DNA of 64,000 nucleotides from an uncultured Chloroflexia bacterium (lineage in GTDB: Bacteria > Chloroflexota > Anaerolineae > Anaerolineales > Anaerolineaceae): the NCBI GenBank assembly GCA_963814295.1, contig CAWFCH010000003.1:598366-662365 (forward strand). Reading direction: 5' to 3'. The position numbers and the translations under genes were made by a program. Of the stretch, positions 39,151 through 49,518 are shown piece by piece (the stretch's first letter is position 1; each line of letters begins with the position of its first letter). The notes beneath the pieces were generated by a model that searched no databases, was not told where the DNA came from, and was given only the letters and a program-made list of their open reading frames with translations.

Positions 39151-40585
39151 CTAAGCCGCTTTTTCCTGCGTGTGAGCAGCACAATCACGACCACTGCCGC
39201 GACCACGACTGACGGCCACCGCGAAATAGATGCCCAGGAACCACCCGATACGCGGAGCAGGAGCCTCTGCAGTGTCTGGTGATAACTCCTCAGCCTCAGC
39301 GCCGTAAGGAAGGACAACAATATTGGGTTCACCGGGTCCAGCCGTTCTGGCGTTGCCCGCGTCAACGGCTGCCACCTGTGGCCAGCTAGCGCTCTCGGCG
39401 GCGATATCGAAGATTTGCAGTTCGCCTAACCCCTCTGAATCCGCGGAGAGCAAGCTGCCGGTTTCGACCATCACGCGATTCGCCGGTCGCTTTCGATGTG
39501 AACTCCACAGTGCCTTCTATGACTTTTACAGTTGAGCTGGTGCCATCATCTTCCAGGACAAGTGTGGTGCCTTTGATCCCGGTTACTGCTTGACCCATCT
39601 CAATCTCCATCGAGCCATCCTTTATCATTCTTTTAAAATTGATCCATAGCTGTCCGCCAAGCAGTTTAAATTGACCAGGTTTTGCCTGCGGTTTCGACAA
39701 ATAGATTTCCGTTTCAGGCTTCATGGAAAAGGTTGTCATATCGGCAAAAGACAGGATGACTGTGCTTCTGTCGCTTGTTTTTATTCGCGTTCCTTCGGGA
39801 AGCGTCATATCAAGTTTGGCAATCGTCCAGGCTTCCTCATCCCAATCCGGCTCGCCGTCTGCCATATATCCTTTCGGGATCAACACTTCCACCTGCCCTG
39901 ATAAATCGCTGAAGCGGGCACCTGAATCCGGGAAGGTCACGGCGGGGGGTACCAAGGGAGCAACGATTGGGATTGGGTTAGTAGATGGTGGATTGCCCTT
40001 CAGTCCAGTAACTGTGACCCAGATTTCATCTGCTGCTGCTGAACTGGCATAACCGAGAAAGACTGAAACAGAAAAGCCATTCGCTCTTATTTCGTCGGTG
40101 ATAGTGACCACCACCGGTTTTGGTGAAAAACTCCATCCCGGCGCACCGTTACTATCCGGGGCACGGAAAGTTTCAATTTTTTCGTTGTTCAACCGAACAT
40201 CACCATCAGTTGCCCAACTTCCTGTGATGCTATAGGGTCCATAAACCGTACATTGAATTGTCACCTGGCTTCCGGTTGGATACCCGTCTATAACTGCCGA
40301 AGGATAAAATGATTCATTTGATTGAACCGCAAGTCCCTCAACGGTATACTCGATAACGAGCCCTTTTCTACCTTCTATTTTCCCGGATGCGGAATCATCG
40401 TTCTGGAGAGAAATGTTATTCAGCGGACCTTCCCAACCTTTTCCGGAAAATGTCAATTCTTCGGGCTGTAAATAGCGGCTGGATGTCGATTCCTGCTTTG
40501 CGGGAAAGGAGGAAACTGAGAGTGGGGTTGCCAGCAGGAAGGCAGTCAGGATACAGTTCGTGAAAATAAAAGTTGAACGGTTCAT
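39151..40585 (-). pseudogene. secreted FecR-domain protein with C-terminal hydrophobic anchor, frame break near 39476 (possibly a second near 39200)
   Basis: Signal peptide, a beta-rich N-region, then a FecR-like segment (ARFSDLSGQVEVL...GIKGTTLVLEDDG..VKVIEGTVEF). The sequence continues in ORF 39151..39474 (VMVETGSLLSA...). A TM plus RRKKR lies in a third frame. Confidence 0.6.
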
Positions 40586-40782
40586 CGTTGCTCCTTTATC
40601 AAAACCAGGCTCGGCAATAGATGGTACGGATCGGTTGTGTCGTGATACACCAATGTATCCAGCACAGGAGCTTCATGCAACACCCCTACCGCAATGAGTG
40701 AAAAGTCGGAAGCCGCGAGTCCGCTTTGTATAGGCATGAAAAACATGAAAAGGGCGATTAAACAGATGAATATTTTTTTCAT
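40582..40782 (-). CDS. small secreted hypothetical protein
   Basis: 66 aa with signal peptide MKKIFICLIALFMFFMPIQSGLA. The stop overlaps the start of the FecR-domain gene (ATGA). Confidence 0.45.
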   Translation of the reverse strand: MKKIFICLIALFMFFMPIQSGLAASDFSLIAVGVLHEAPVLDTLVYHDTTDPYHLLPSLVLIKEQR

Positions 40783-41053
40783 TTCACACCCCTAAATTTT
40801 CATAATAATTGGGTTAAAAGGCTGTACGCCAAGTCAATAAACCTATTCTATTTAAATTATAGGCTCTATTTTTTAAATCATCCTTGAATTTTGCGGGTAC
40901 ATGCTGACCCCCCGTACAAAAAACCTGATATGCTGCATCGCTTTGCGCCCTAAGTGCTATAATCATTAACAGGGTATCATCACATTAGTTCATCAAGTCC
41001 TGTTCCAAAAGGTCGTTTATAGAAAATAATTCATACAACAACAGAGGGAGATT

Positions 41054-42202
41054 ATGATGAGTATGATAAAGCGTTTTAGGCCTTTTATATTCTTTGCATG
41101 TGTCATATTGAGCGTATCGCTTGCTTGTGGCAGCAGCACCCCTACCCCAACAGAATCTACCGCTGTTGGTGAAGTAGGTCAATTGGACACAATAAACACG
41201 CTTGTATCCACAATGATGCCTGAACCCATTGCTACACCAGAGCCGGCCAGTATCCCGACCGCCATGCCTGTAGGGTTAAGCCGTTCTCAACCATTCCCGC
41301 GTTCAGAAATTGTGCCTGCTCCCAATTGGGATGTCCAGGTGCTCGAAGTAAAACGCGGTGATGAGGCATGGAATGAGATCCTCGCCGCAAATCAGTATAA
41401 CGACGCTGCCCCGGAAGGTATGGAATATCTCTTAATAAAGTTGCACGTTATGAGTACATATGCAGATAATGAAGAACACACCATCGGTCATTGTGATTTT
41501 AATGTTACAGGTGACCGGTTAATCCTGTATTCTTGTCTGTCAACTTTTGCTGTTTCGCCAGAACCACAACTGGACGCAACACTTTTCACTGGCGGTGAGA
41601 CAGAAGGCTGGATCTCATATTTAGTTGGGAAGGGCGAAGGAAACTTGATTCTTATTGTAGATGAAGGTCTTAACTTCGATGATGGTTCTAGTCGATTCAT
41701 TGCCATTGATGAAGGTGCTTCCATAAGTGTATCTCCTGATTTTGCTTCACTTGCACCCACCAATTTGGGGACAGATAGAATGTCTCCGGCACCAATGGGT
41801 GAAAAACTTGTTTCGGATGATTGGGAAATCACGATTCTTGAATCCATCCGCGGTGAAGAGGCGTGGAATATTGTTCTGGAAGCAAATCAGTATAATGACC
41901 CGCCTGAGGCGGGTATGGAATTTATTTTAGTAAAAGTACACGCCCGGAACATAAGCACACAGGATATCGCCCAGTCCATGGATTTCACTTCCTTTACAAC
42001 CACTGGAAGTGCAAATGAAATCTATGATGCTCCGTGGGCTGTTGCTCCAGAACCTATTCTTACTTCATCCTTATTTCCAGGTGGAGAAACCGAAGGTTGG
42101 ATAGTGGTACAAGCGGCAATATCCGAAACAGGCGTGAATCTGATCTTTGCACCACTTTGGGATTTCAGCGGAAATTCTAAACGTTACATATCTCTTGAAT
42201 AG
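41054..42202 (+). CDS. lipoprotein with two tandem DUF4352-like domains
   Basis: Lipobox SLACGS. Internal duplication: WDVQVLEVKRGDEAWNEILAANQYNDAAPEGMEYLLIKLHV versus WEITILESIRGEEAWNIVLEANQYNDPPEAGMEFILVKVHA. Confidence 0.65.
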   Translation: MMSMIKRFRPFIFFACVILSVSLACGSSTPTPTESTAVGEVGQLDTINTLVSTMMPEPIATPEPASIPTAMPVGLSRSQPFPRSEIVPAPNWDVQVLEVKRGDEAWNEILAANQYNDAAPEGMEYLLIKLHVMSTYADNEEHTIGHCDFNVTGDRLILYSCLSTFAVSPEPQLDATLFTGGETEGWISYLVGKGEGNLILIVDEGLNFDDGSSRFIAIDEGASISVSPDFASLAPTNLGTDRMSPAPMGEKLVSDDWEITILESIRGEEAWNIVLEANQYNDPPEAGMEFILVKVHARNISTQDIAQSMDFTSFTTTGSANEIYDAPWAVAPEPILTSSLFPGGETEGWIVVQAAISETGVNLIFAPLWDFSGNSKRYISLE

Positions 42203-42221
42203 ACCCAAGGGGTATATATAA

Positions 42222-42274
42222 GGGGCATGCCCCGCTTTTCACAAAGAACGCTCGGGTGCATGTCTCTCGCCCCG
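42222..42274 (+). repeat. modular repeat copy R4
   Basis: ggggcatgcccc | gcttttcacaaagaacgctcgggtgcatgt | ctctcgccccg. Confidence 0.8.
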
Positions 42275-42319
42275 CAAGTGAATAGTTTTGGTGCGTTTTC
42301 AACGCACCAACGAAAATCC

Positions 42320-43300
42320 CTACGGTTGCCACGCCGGGGAGGAGGCGGTGATCCCCTCGGGCAGCTCCAGCAGCGTTCTCACTTCCCCCGTCTCCACGTT
42401 AACAATAAAGATATTACGCATCACCACGCTGTTGCCCACGGCGATCTCGCGCGCGTCCGGTGACCAGGTGCACATCACCTCCTCGGAGAATTCCGGTTCA
42501 GTCAGCCGGTGCACATCACTACCGTCCCTGTTCATCACGTACAACGCGAACAGGTTGTAGGTGCCGTCGCGCTCCGAGAAGAAGGCGATCTGCTGCCCAT
42601 CATGCGACCAGGTGGGCTTGATGTTCGCCCACACGTCATTAGTGAGTGCAATATCGCTCGAGTCCGCCAGGTTCTTCACATGGATCTGGCTGGAGCCGTC
42701 GTTGCGTTCCTGCTGCTCGACGAGCGACATGTACGCCAGGTACTGACCGTCCGGTGACCACGCCGGGGTCTGGAAGAAGAAATCATACGAGGGTACGCTG
42801 AATTTCGTGATCTCGTGCGTATCCAGGTCGTACATGCGCCACCACCACACGCCGTTGCCATCGTGGGTTCGGAACACCACCTGGTGACCGTTGGGTAGCC
42901 AGATGGGATGGTCGTTCTCATTGTCCTCGGTCAGGCGCTGGGGATACTTGCCGTCCGCGTCCATGATGTAGATCTGGCTTGCCCCACCGCCGCGCGTTGA
43001 TGTGAAGGCGATGCGCCTGCCATCCGGTGACCACGCCGGGTCGGTATCGATTAGCCACTCGTTGGTGATGTTCACCAGGTTGCTGCCGTCTGGGCAGACG
43101 GTGTGAATATCCGCGTTCGCGCCGTCGGTGATCACAAACGCGATTTTCGAGCAATCTCCGGCAGTTGTCGCGGTCACGGTGGGAACGGGTTCCGCGGTCT
43201 CCATCGGGAGTATAGCGGGAAGCTCTGTTGGCGCGTTGCTGCCGCACGCGGTGAGGACCATGATGAAGGCAAGATAGATCAACAGGCATAATTTTTTCAT
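42320..43300 (-). CDS. TolB-like PD40 beta-propeller lipoprotein
   Basis: Start MKKLCLL with lipobox LTACGS. Repeats SPDGRRIAFTS, SPDGQYLAY, SHDGQQIAFFS and SPDAREIAV. Confidence 0.75.
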   Translation of the reverse strand: MKKLCLLIYLAFIMVLTACGSNAPTELPAILPMETAEPVPTVTATTAGDCSKIAFVITDGANADIHTVCPDGSNLVNITNEWLIDTDPAWSPDGRRIAFTSTRGGGASQIYIMDADGKYPQRLTEDNENDHPIWLPNGHQVVFRTHDGNGVWWWRMYDLDTHEITKFSVPSYDFFFQTPAWSPDGQYLAYMSLVEQQERNDGSSQIHVKNLADSSDIALTNDVWANIKPTWSHDGQQIAFFSERDGTYNLFALYVMNRDGSDVHRLTEPEFSEEVMCTWSPDAREIAVGNSVVMRNIFIVNVETGEVRTLLELPEGITASSPAWQP

Positions 43301-43365
43301 GGGTACATTATAATCAGAATGTTCACATCCTTTCCGGGTCAATTCTTAAACAATTTTTTGATCTT

Positions 43366-43857
43366 ATGCCTGCTGCCACTGCCAATAAAAAGCTAATCCT
43401 GATATTCAGTCTGATCGGCCTGGTAATCATCATGCTATTTACCGCAGCCATGCTGATCGATTTCATCCGCATTCAACCCGCGCCAACAGCTGAACTTTCC
43501 AACAATACTCCAGTCCAGTGGAAAGTGGATCCGGTGTCTTATGGTGACCACTTCATAACCATCACCGGCTGGGCGTTGATACCCGGTGAGCCTCCGGTAA
43601 CGTTCAACAGCCGCGTGGTACTTGAGAACGTTGAAACCGGCAGGCTTATCCGCATCCCCACCATGTTGATTCCGCGTGATGGACTGAACGAGCAATTTCC
43701 GGATGGCATTGATTACACTCAAAGTGGCTTTTTAGCCAAGGTCAACAGGAAGCTGATCGGACTTGATGTTAACACCTGGCGGGTATTTCTCGATTATCAG
43801 AACAACGGACATGCATATTTCCTCAACATGAACCTTGTCCTGGAGCATACACAATGA
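43366..43857 (+). CDS. hypothetical N-terminally anchored protein
   Basis: 163 aa with a single TM helix. The stop overlaps the next start (ATGA). Confidence 0.45.
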   Translation: MPAATANKKLILIFSLIGLVIIMLFTAAMLIDFIRIQPAPTAELSNNTPVQWKVDPVSYGDHFITITGWALIPGEPPVTFNSRVVLENVETGRLIRIPTMLIPRDGLNEQFPDGIDYTQSGFLAKVNRKLIGLDVNTWRVFLDYQNNGHAYFLNMNLVLEHTQ

Positions 43858-45209
43858 GAGCGCTCCGGTTGGGCTTCTCACGGCTGGCGCGGAACGAGTA
43901 CTTTCCGTTCGTGATCCTGTTCCTGGTTATGCTGGTGCTCCATGCCTTCATCCCCATGAGCCTGATGGATGACCGTCATTACAAGCGCATGACGGAGATC
44001 TCCAGGTTGTTCCCATACCTGGTGGATATCTACGGGGAATGGAGTTCACGGCTGATCATCCTCACAGCTGTTCGCGGGATGCTGGGCACCTTCCCGCCGT
44101 TCGTTTGGCGCGTTCTCAACCCGGCAGTCTTCGCCATGCTTGGTCTGATCATCTCGAGACTGGTGACCAGGAAAGCCTCAGCGCGCGTCAACTGGTTCAT
44201 CACGTTCCTGCTCTTCACGTTCCCTTTTATCGATATGCGTTCAGCGGGATGGGTTACGACAAGCCTGAATTACCTCTGGGTCGCAGCCTTCGGGTTGTAC
44301 GCGATCTTGCTGGCGAAGAAAACCCTTGCGGGGGACCCGGTTCATCCAATAGAATACGCCCTCGCTATCCCGGCGTTGTTGTATGGTGCGAACCAGGAAC
44401 AGATGGCAGTGATCCTGGTGATAGTTTTTATGGTGATGACCGTGATCATGATTTACCAGAAAAAATATTATTGGTACCTACCGACCGGATTGCTGCTATC
44501 GATCGCCAGCCTTTTATTCTCACTTTTCTCCCCAGGGAATGCCGCGAGGAAATTGGTGGAAATGGATGAGTTCATCGATTTCGATGTGCTTTCAGTTGTC
44601 GATAAACTGGAAATTGGTTTTTCGTCGACAATGGAACGTCTCGTCTTCCGCCCCAACCTGTTATTTGCCTTGTTCTGCCTCGTCCTGGCGATGGTAGTAA
44701 TAAAAAGGTTTCCCACAACTTTTCACCGCGTCTATGCCCTGCTCCTTTTCTTCGGCGTGTTTTATTTTGGCTTCTTGATCCGGCTGGGCGAGAACTTCTT
44801 CCCGTTTCTCCAGGGAATTCAATATCAGATCACGGATAGGGGATTCATCACGCTTGAGAATTTTACCCATGTCAGCAGCTTTTTCCCCTTCTTCATCGCG
44901 AGCGGCTTGATGGTAATGGTCTTCAGCTTATTATTGACCTTTTTCCGCCAGCGCCGAGGATTTATCGCAGGAGGCATCCTGTTATTAGGTTTTTTATCCC
45001 GGGTGATGCTGGGGTTCTCTCCCTCCATTTGGGCTTCCTCCTCAAGAACCATGATGTTCCTGTATATCGCCATCATCCTGTGTGCTGCGATGCTTTTTGA
45101 TGATGAAATCCAGGATAATCTTCATTATCAATCATCTGAATTGACGGTTAGTGGAATTGTTGCCTTGATCTCGCTACTAAATTTGGTCACAATAATCCTC
45201 CAGGTTTGA
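43854..45209 (+). CDS. hypothetical polytopic membrane protein (glycosyltransferase-C-like topology)
   Basis: 451 aa with more than 10 hydrophobic helices. It is translationally coupled to the upstream gene. Confidence 0.5.
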   Translation: MRALRLGFSRLARNEYFPFVILFLVMLVLHAFIPMSLMDDRHYKRMTEISRLFPYLVDIYGEWSSRLIILTAVRGMLGTFPPFVWRVLNPAVFAMLGLIISRLVTRKASARVNWFITFLLFTFPFIDMRSAGWVTTSLNYLWVAAFGLYAILLAKKTLAGDPVHPIEYALAIPALLYGANQEQMAVILVIVFMVMTVIMIYQKKYYWYLPTGLLLSIASLLFSLFSPGNAARKLVEMDEFIDFDVLSVVDKLEIGFSSTMERLVFRPNLLFALFCLVLAMVVIKRFPTTFHRVYALLLFFGVFYFGFLIRLGENFFPFLQGIQYQITDRGFITLENFTHVSSFFPFFIASGLMVMVFSLLLTFFRQRRGFIAGGILLLGFLSRVMLGFSPSIWASSSRTMMFLYIAIILCAAMLFDDEIQDNLHYQSSELTVSGIVALISLLNLVTIILQV

Positions 45210-45372
45210 ATATCATAACCTCAGCCATCTAAAACTAATCGGACTTTATTTTTATACAGGGCGGGTGCCTGGCCAGTTGTGTTCGTTATTTTTGAAAATT
45301 GCTAATAACCTCTACATCCACGTCGTTTGTATTAGAATAGAGCCTGCTGCGCAATATTGAAGACGCCGCCTC

Positions 45373-47327
45373 ATGACAAAACTTCGACCCTTACTGAAAT
45401 CATTTTTCCAGCCATTCGCCTGCATCGCCTGGTCGCCCGTGAGCCTGCTGGTGATAACCGCTGCCATTGCCGCGCTCTATGTCACCATGGAGTGGGTTTT
45501 CATATTCACCCGTCCGTCATTCCTGCAAACGATCCCGTTCCTGGAAAAATCTCAGTCCTTCGTCAGCGCGGCCGGATTGCTTATCCTTGTTTGTTTCCTC
45601 ATTCTCTCCCCGCTCCTGCTGCTCGGTCTGATTGTTAGAAACCAACGTTCAGGAAAATCCTCACCGCAATCGCGTTCCTGTTACCGTCATTCCTGCTCAC
45701 CTCGCTGGCCTTGGTGATGCTGGATAACTTCACCTACACGGTCTTTAATTTTGGCATTGTCTCCACCAGCGGAATAACCCGTGCGCTCTACACCGCCCTC
45801 TACCTGGCAGCGGCATTGTTCCTCTTCACCCGGCTCATCGCTTTTCACAATCTGCTGGCTGCCTTCTTTTCCAGGACGCAACCAAAAAAACGCCTGCTCC
45901 TCATAGGCACGATCCTGCTGCTGGCAGGGGCAGGCGCAGTGCTGCCCGCCGAATCCATCCTCAATACCGCACAGGGCGTGGGCAGGCACCGCCCCACGCC
46001 GAACAGTACCACCCCGCCTGACATCCTGCTCATCACGGTTGACGGTGTCAACGCCGAATACACCTCGATTTACGATCATGAAGAGGATACAACTCCATTC
46101 CTGCGAAAAATGTCCGGTGAATCGCTGAAAGCCCTGAACGCGTTCTCCAACGCCCAGGGAACCATCGGGTCACTCACCGCCATCCTGACGGGGAAACACC
46201 CGGTTGATACGCGTGTCATCAATTCCTCCGATATGCTGAAGGGTGAAGATGCCTACCAGCACTTGCCTGATATCCTGGAGGATTACGGGTATTACACCGC
46301 CCAGCTGAGCAATAATGTTTATGCCGATGCCTACAAGACCAACTTCCAGGATGCATTTAGCGAAGCCAACGGCCGCTCAGCTGAGAATGACCCGCTGATG
46401 TTCACACTCGCGAAGCTGTACCCGGGGATCAACCACATCTTCCAGCAGGAGGTCATCGAGCGGCTAATCTCCAGGCTGGGGCATATCTTCTTTATAAGCG
46501 ACATGGCCAATCCCTATCAACAGGTCACCGAGGCACCGGTAAAGTTCGATGACCAGCAAAAGCTTGAGCAAGTCTTTAACCTGCTCAATGAAATTCGTCA
46601 GCCCCTGTTCATTCACCTGCACTGGATGGGTACTCACGGACCGAACTATTTACCGGAGGAACAGGTCTTCTCGGCTGGTATTAATGTGGAACACCAGGAG
46701 CAGTACAAGCAATTGTTTTACTATGACACGGTGCTCGAGTTTGACCGGGCGGTGGAGGAAATTTACGCTTACCTGGAAGAGAACGACCGCCTCGAGAACA
46801 CCATCATTGTGGTCACCAGCGACCACAGCCAGAAATGGACCAATTCGCGCATCCCGCTGCTGATCCGCTTTCCGGAAAGCGCACACTCGAGCGTTCTTTC
46901 TCAGAATGTTCAGACCATGGATATCGCGCCTACCCTGCTGGATTACCTGTCTATTGAGAAACCCGAATGGATGGCGGGTCAATCCCTGATCTCTTCTTCT
47001 TATGAAGAACACCCCATTTTCACCGCCAAGATTCCAAAATCAAGGAAAGACCTTGTGACCGGCAAGGTCGTCTACCCTGAATCCAAACCGCCTTTTTACC
47101 AGTTCGGCCGAATGTCGGTCATTGTTTGCGACCAATGGTTTGAACTTGATCTGCAGATATTGGCCATGACCAAAGGGACAGTAAAAAAATACCAGTCCCC
47201 ATGTGGTGAGCCTATCAATAATATCCAGGCGCTTGAATTGCTTATTGAACACCTGGAGCATTACGGTTTCGATACCAGTTCGCTTGGAGAATTGAAGACA
47301 GATTTGGGTGACTCGACCGGGAATTGA
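45373..47327 (+). pseudogene. membrane-anchored sulfatase / LTA-synthase-like (alkaline phosphatase superfamily) protein, frame break near 45638 (or assembly indel)
   Basis: N-terminal TM helices are in frame 1 and stop making sense at ...GLIVRNQRSG. Frame 0 continues KPTFRKILTAIAFLLPSFLL... into the catalytic domain (DILLITVDGVNAEY, TGKHP, VVTSDHS). Confidence 0.65.
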
Positions 47328-47348
47328 ACCGGGGATGGGTAAAACAAC

Positions 47349-49307
47349 TTACCGGTCAAAATGCAGGATAAGCACGTTCCCTGAAAAGGAATCTGCCAGA
47401 CGCTCAGGAAGATTGCCCAGATTTGCCAGAAAACGTTTCCTTGATCCAAATCCGGGTATCACCAACAGATCACTTTCGGCATTCTTGTGCAGGTCTGATG
47501 GTCTTAATGAGCCTATCATTTCGCGGACTATAATCAATTGACCACGATGGTTTTTCCCTAATATATGCTGCACGGTTGTCAGGTAGCTTTTATCTGCCAG
47601 CATTTCCAGCGGAACATTTAATTCTTTCGCGATAGTCAGGTTAGCCTGGAGCACTCTTCGCAGTGCAGCCGGGGTTACCGCCCCGGCGGGTATGATCAGC
47701 AGTACCCGGCGGATGCCGTTCAATGCATGGGTTAGTTTACCCACCATCACAGGTGTGTCAGAACCCCATATCACTTCATCCAGCACCGTTCCCAGTACAC
47801 TTGTTTTGAAGGTGCGTTTTCCTCGCCACCCCATTAAGATCAGCGTTGATTCACGCTCTCTGGAGACCTGTAAAATTCCACGAGCATATGAGTCTGCCAA
47901 CCGTGGCATCAGTTCATAACGCGTCTCAGGATCCTTGAGTATTTCAGGGACGCTGTCAAGTAGTTCTTTTTGGTGCTGCAGGTTGGCTCCCTGATCGCTG
48001 CGATCGATTACTACATTCAACGCTACAACCTCTCCTCCGCCGCTCTTAGCCAGCAACCCGGCTAAGGAGAGGATATGCTCCTGCGTTGCCGGGTTCGCGA
48101 TGGGAACGAGGATACGTTGGAACAGCGGAAGCTCCTCCAGTTCCTCCACACCCTGGTGCAACCTAGGGGCGAAATTTTGCACGATCAACGGGGAGGTGAT
48201 CGAGGTCAGCAGGATCATCATCATCGCAGCATTGAAAAGCTCAGTTGTAAAAAGACCTAACTGCATACCGATGATCAACGTGGGGATTGTGACAGCTGCC
48301 TGCGCGTGGGATAAACCAAACACAGTCCAGAATTCCGCCTTGCTGTAATGGAAGATTTTCGAGGTGATGAACGATGCCAGGAACTTGGAAAGATACGCCA
48401 CAACAAGAATACCCAGCGCCAACAGGATGGCGTCTGGATTACGCACCAGTGTCAGTGGATCAGTGATCATTCCACTGTAAAGCAAAAAGACCGGAATAAA
48501 GAAGGACTCTCCCATGAAGAGGACATGCCCTGATACCGGGCTGTGGCGTGGAAGCGTGGCATTGATTGCCAGACCGGCGAGGAAAGCGCCCACTACCTCA
48601 TGCACCCCGATCAACTTGGCACCCATGGCAGCGATAAAAAGCAGGACGATAACAAACTGGAATTCTACGGTCCGCCCCTTAACCTTTTGAAAAAACCATT
48701 TCCCTATCCTGGGCAAAACGAAAAGGATGGCAAGTGTGAAAATGATCAGTAATGAGAGCAGCTTGAGAAAGTAACCAATTTCCAGCTGACCGCCATCCGC
48801 GCCTAAAACAATAGCCAGGATGATGAAAGCGCCAACATCCGTGAGAATGGTTGCCCCGGCGGTGACCGCCACTGCCTCGTTACGCGTAACGCCCAACCTG
48901 GTAAGTATCGGGAAGGCTAAAAGCGTGTGCGATGCGAAAGCCGACCCCAGCAGGATGCAACCGAGCAAAGGGAGTCCAATTAACCATCCCAATGCCATAC
49001 CAATCACCTGGGGGATGGTGAAGGTCAGTAAGCCAAAGATGGCTGCCTTGCCTTTTACCCGCATGAATTGATGGAAATCGACTTCCATCCCAGCGCTGAA
49101 CATTAGGTAGATCAACCCGATGGTCGAAAGGAATTCCATACGGTCATTAGCCGGCAGGATATTAAATCCGTTGGGACCAATCAACATACCCCCGATGATC
49201 ACACCCACGATCCCGGGCAGGCGAACGCGCTCCGAGAGCAGCGGCATGACCAGGATGAGGGTCATAATAACGAGGAAAAAGATTACCGGCTCCTCGATAG
49301 GCTGCAT
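47349..49307 (-). CDS. cation:proton antiporter (CPA2-type) with C-terminal USP-like domains
   Basis: An N-terminal Na+/H+ exchanger membrane domain of about 390 aa, then two UspA-like alpha/beta modules. Confidence 0.8.
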   Translation of the reverse strand: MQPIEEPVIFFLVIMTLILVMPLLSERVRLPGIVGVIIGGMLIGPNGFNILPANDRMEFLSTIGLIYLMFSAGMEVDFHQFMRVKGKAAIFGLLTFTIPQVIGMALGWLIGLPLLGCILLGSAFASHTLLAFPILTRLGVTRNEAVAVTAGATILTDVGAFIILAIVLGADGGQLEIGYFLKLLSLLIIFTLAILFVLPRIGKWFFQKVKGRTVEFQFVIVLLFIAAMGAKLIGVHEVVGAFLAGLAINATLPRHSPVSGHVLFMGESFFIPVFLLYSGMITDPLTLVRNPDAILLALGILVVAYLSKFLASFITSKIFHYSKAEFWTVFGLSHAQAAVTIPTLIIGMQLGLFTTELFNAAMMMILLTSITSPLIVQNFAPRLHQGVEELEELPLFQRILVPIANPATQEHILSLAGLLAKSGGGEVVALNVVIDRSDQGANLQHQKELLDSVPEILKDPETRYELMPRLADSYARGILQVSRERESTLILMGWRGKRTFKTSVLGTVLDEVIWGSDTPVMVGKLTHALNGIRRVLLIIPAGAVTPAALRRVLQANLTIAKELNVPLEMLADKSYLTTVQHILGKNHRGQLIIVREMIGSLRPSDLHKNAESDLLVIPGFGSRKRFLANLGNLPERLADSFSGNVLILHFDR

Positions 49308-49518
49308 CAGGAGATTCCTCTCACAGGGTCTGAATGGTATTGAGATTTTTTAAAGGGAGTTTTCGTATGTGTGAACCCCGGTCAGTCCCGGTTTCCTTGA
49401 TCAAGTATCATAAAATCTTTTCATGTGTATTATACGTTCAATTCAGGAATTATTAGCGAGAATGTTTTTTAGTTTATTGCGTTTCGTTTAGGAAACATCA
49501 GATAAACTTGGCAATAGC

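Noticed and set aside
38704-39282. A 192-aa plus-strand ORF across the pseudogene 5' end and repeat R3.
   Set aside because: It reads through the repeat element and antisense to DUF262 remnants, and shows no motif or RBS.
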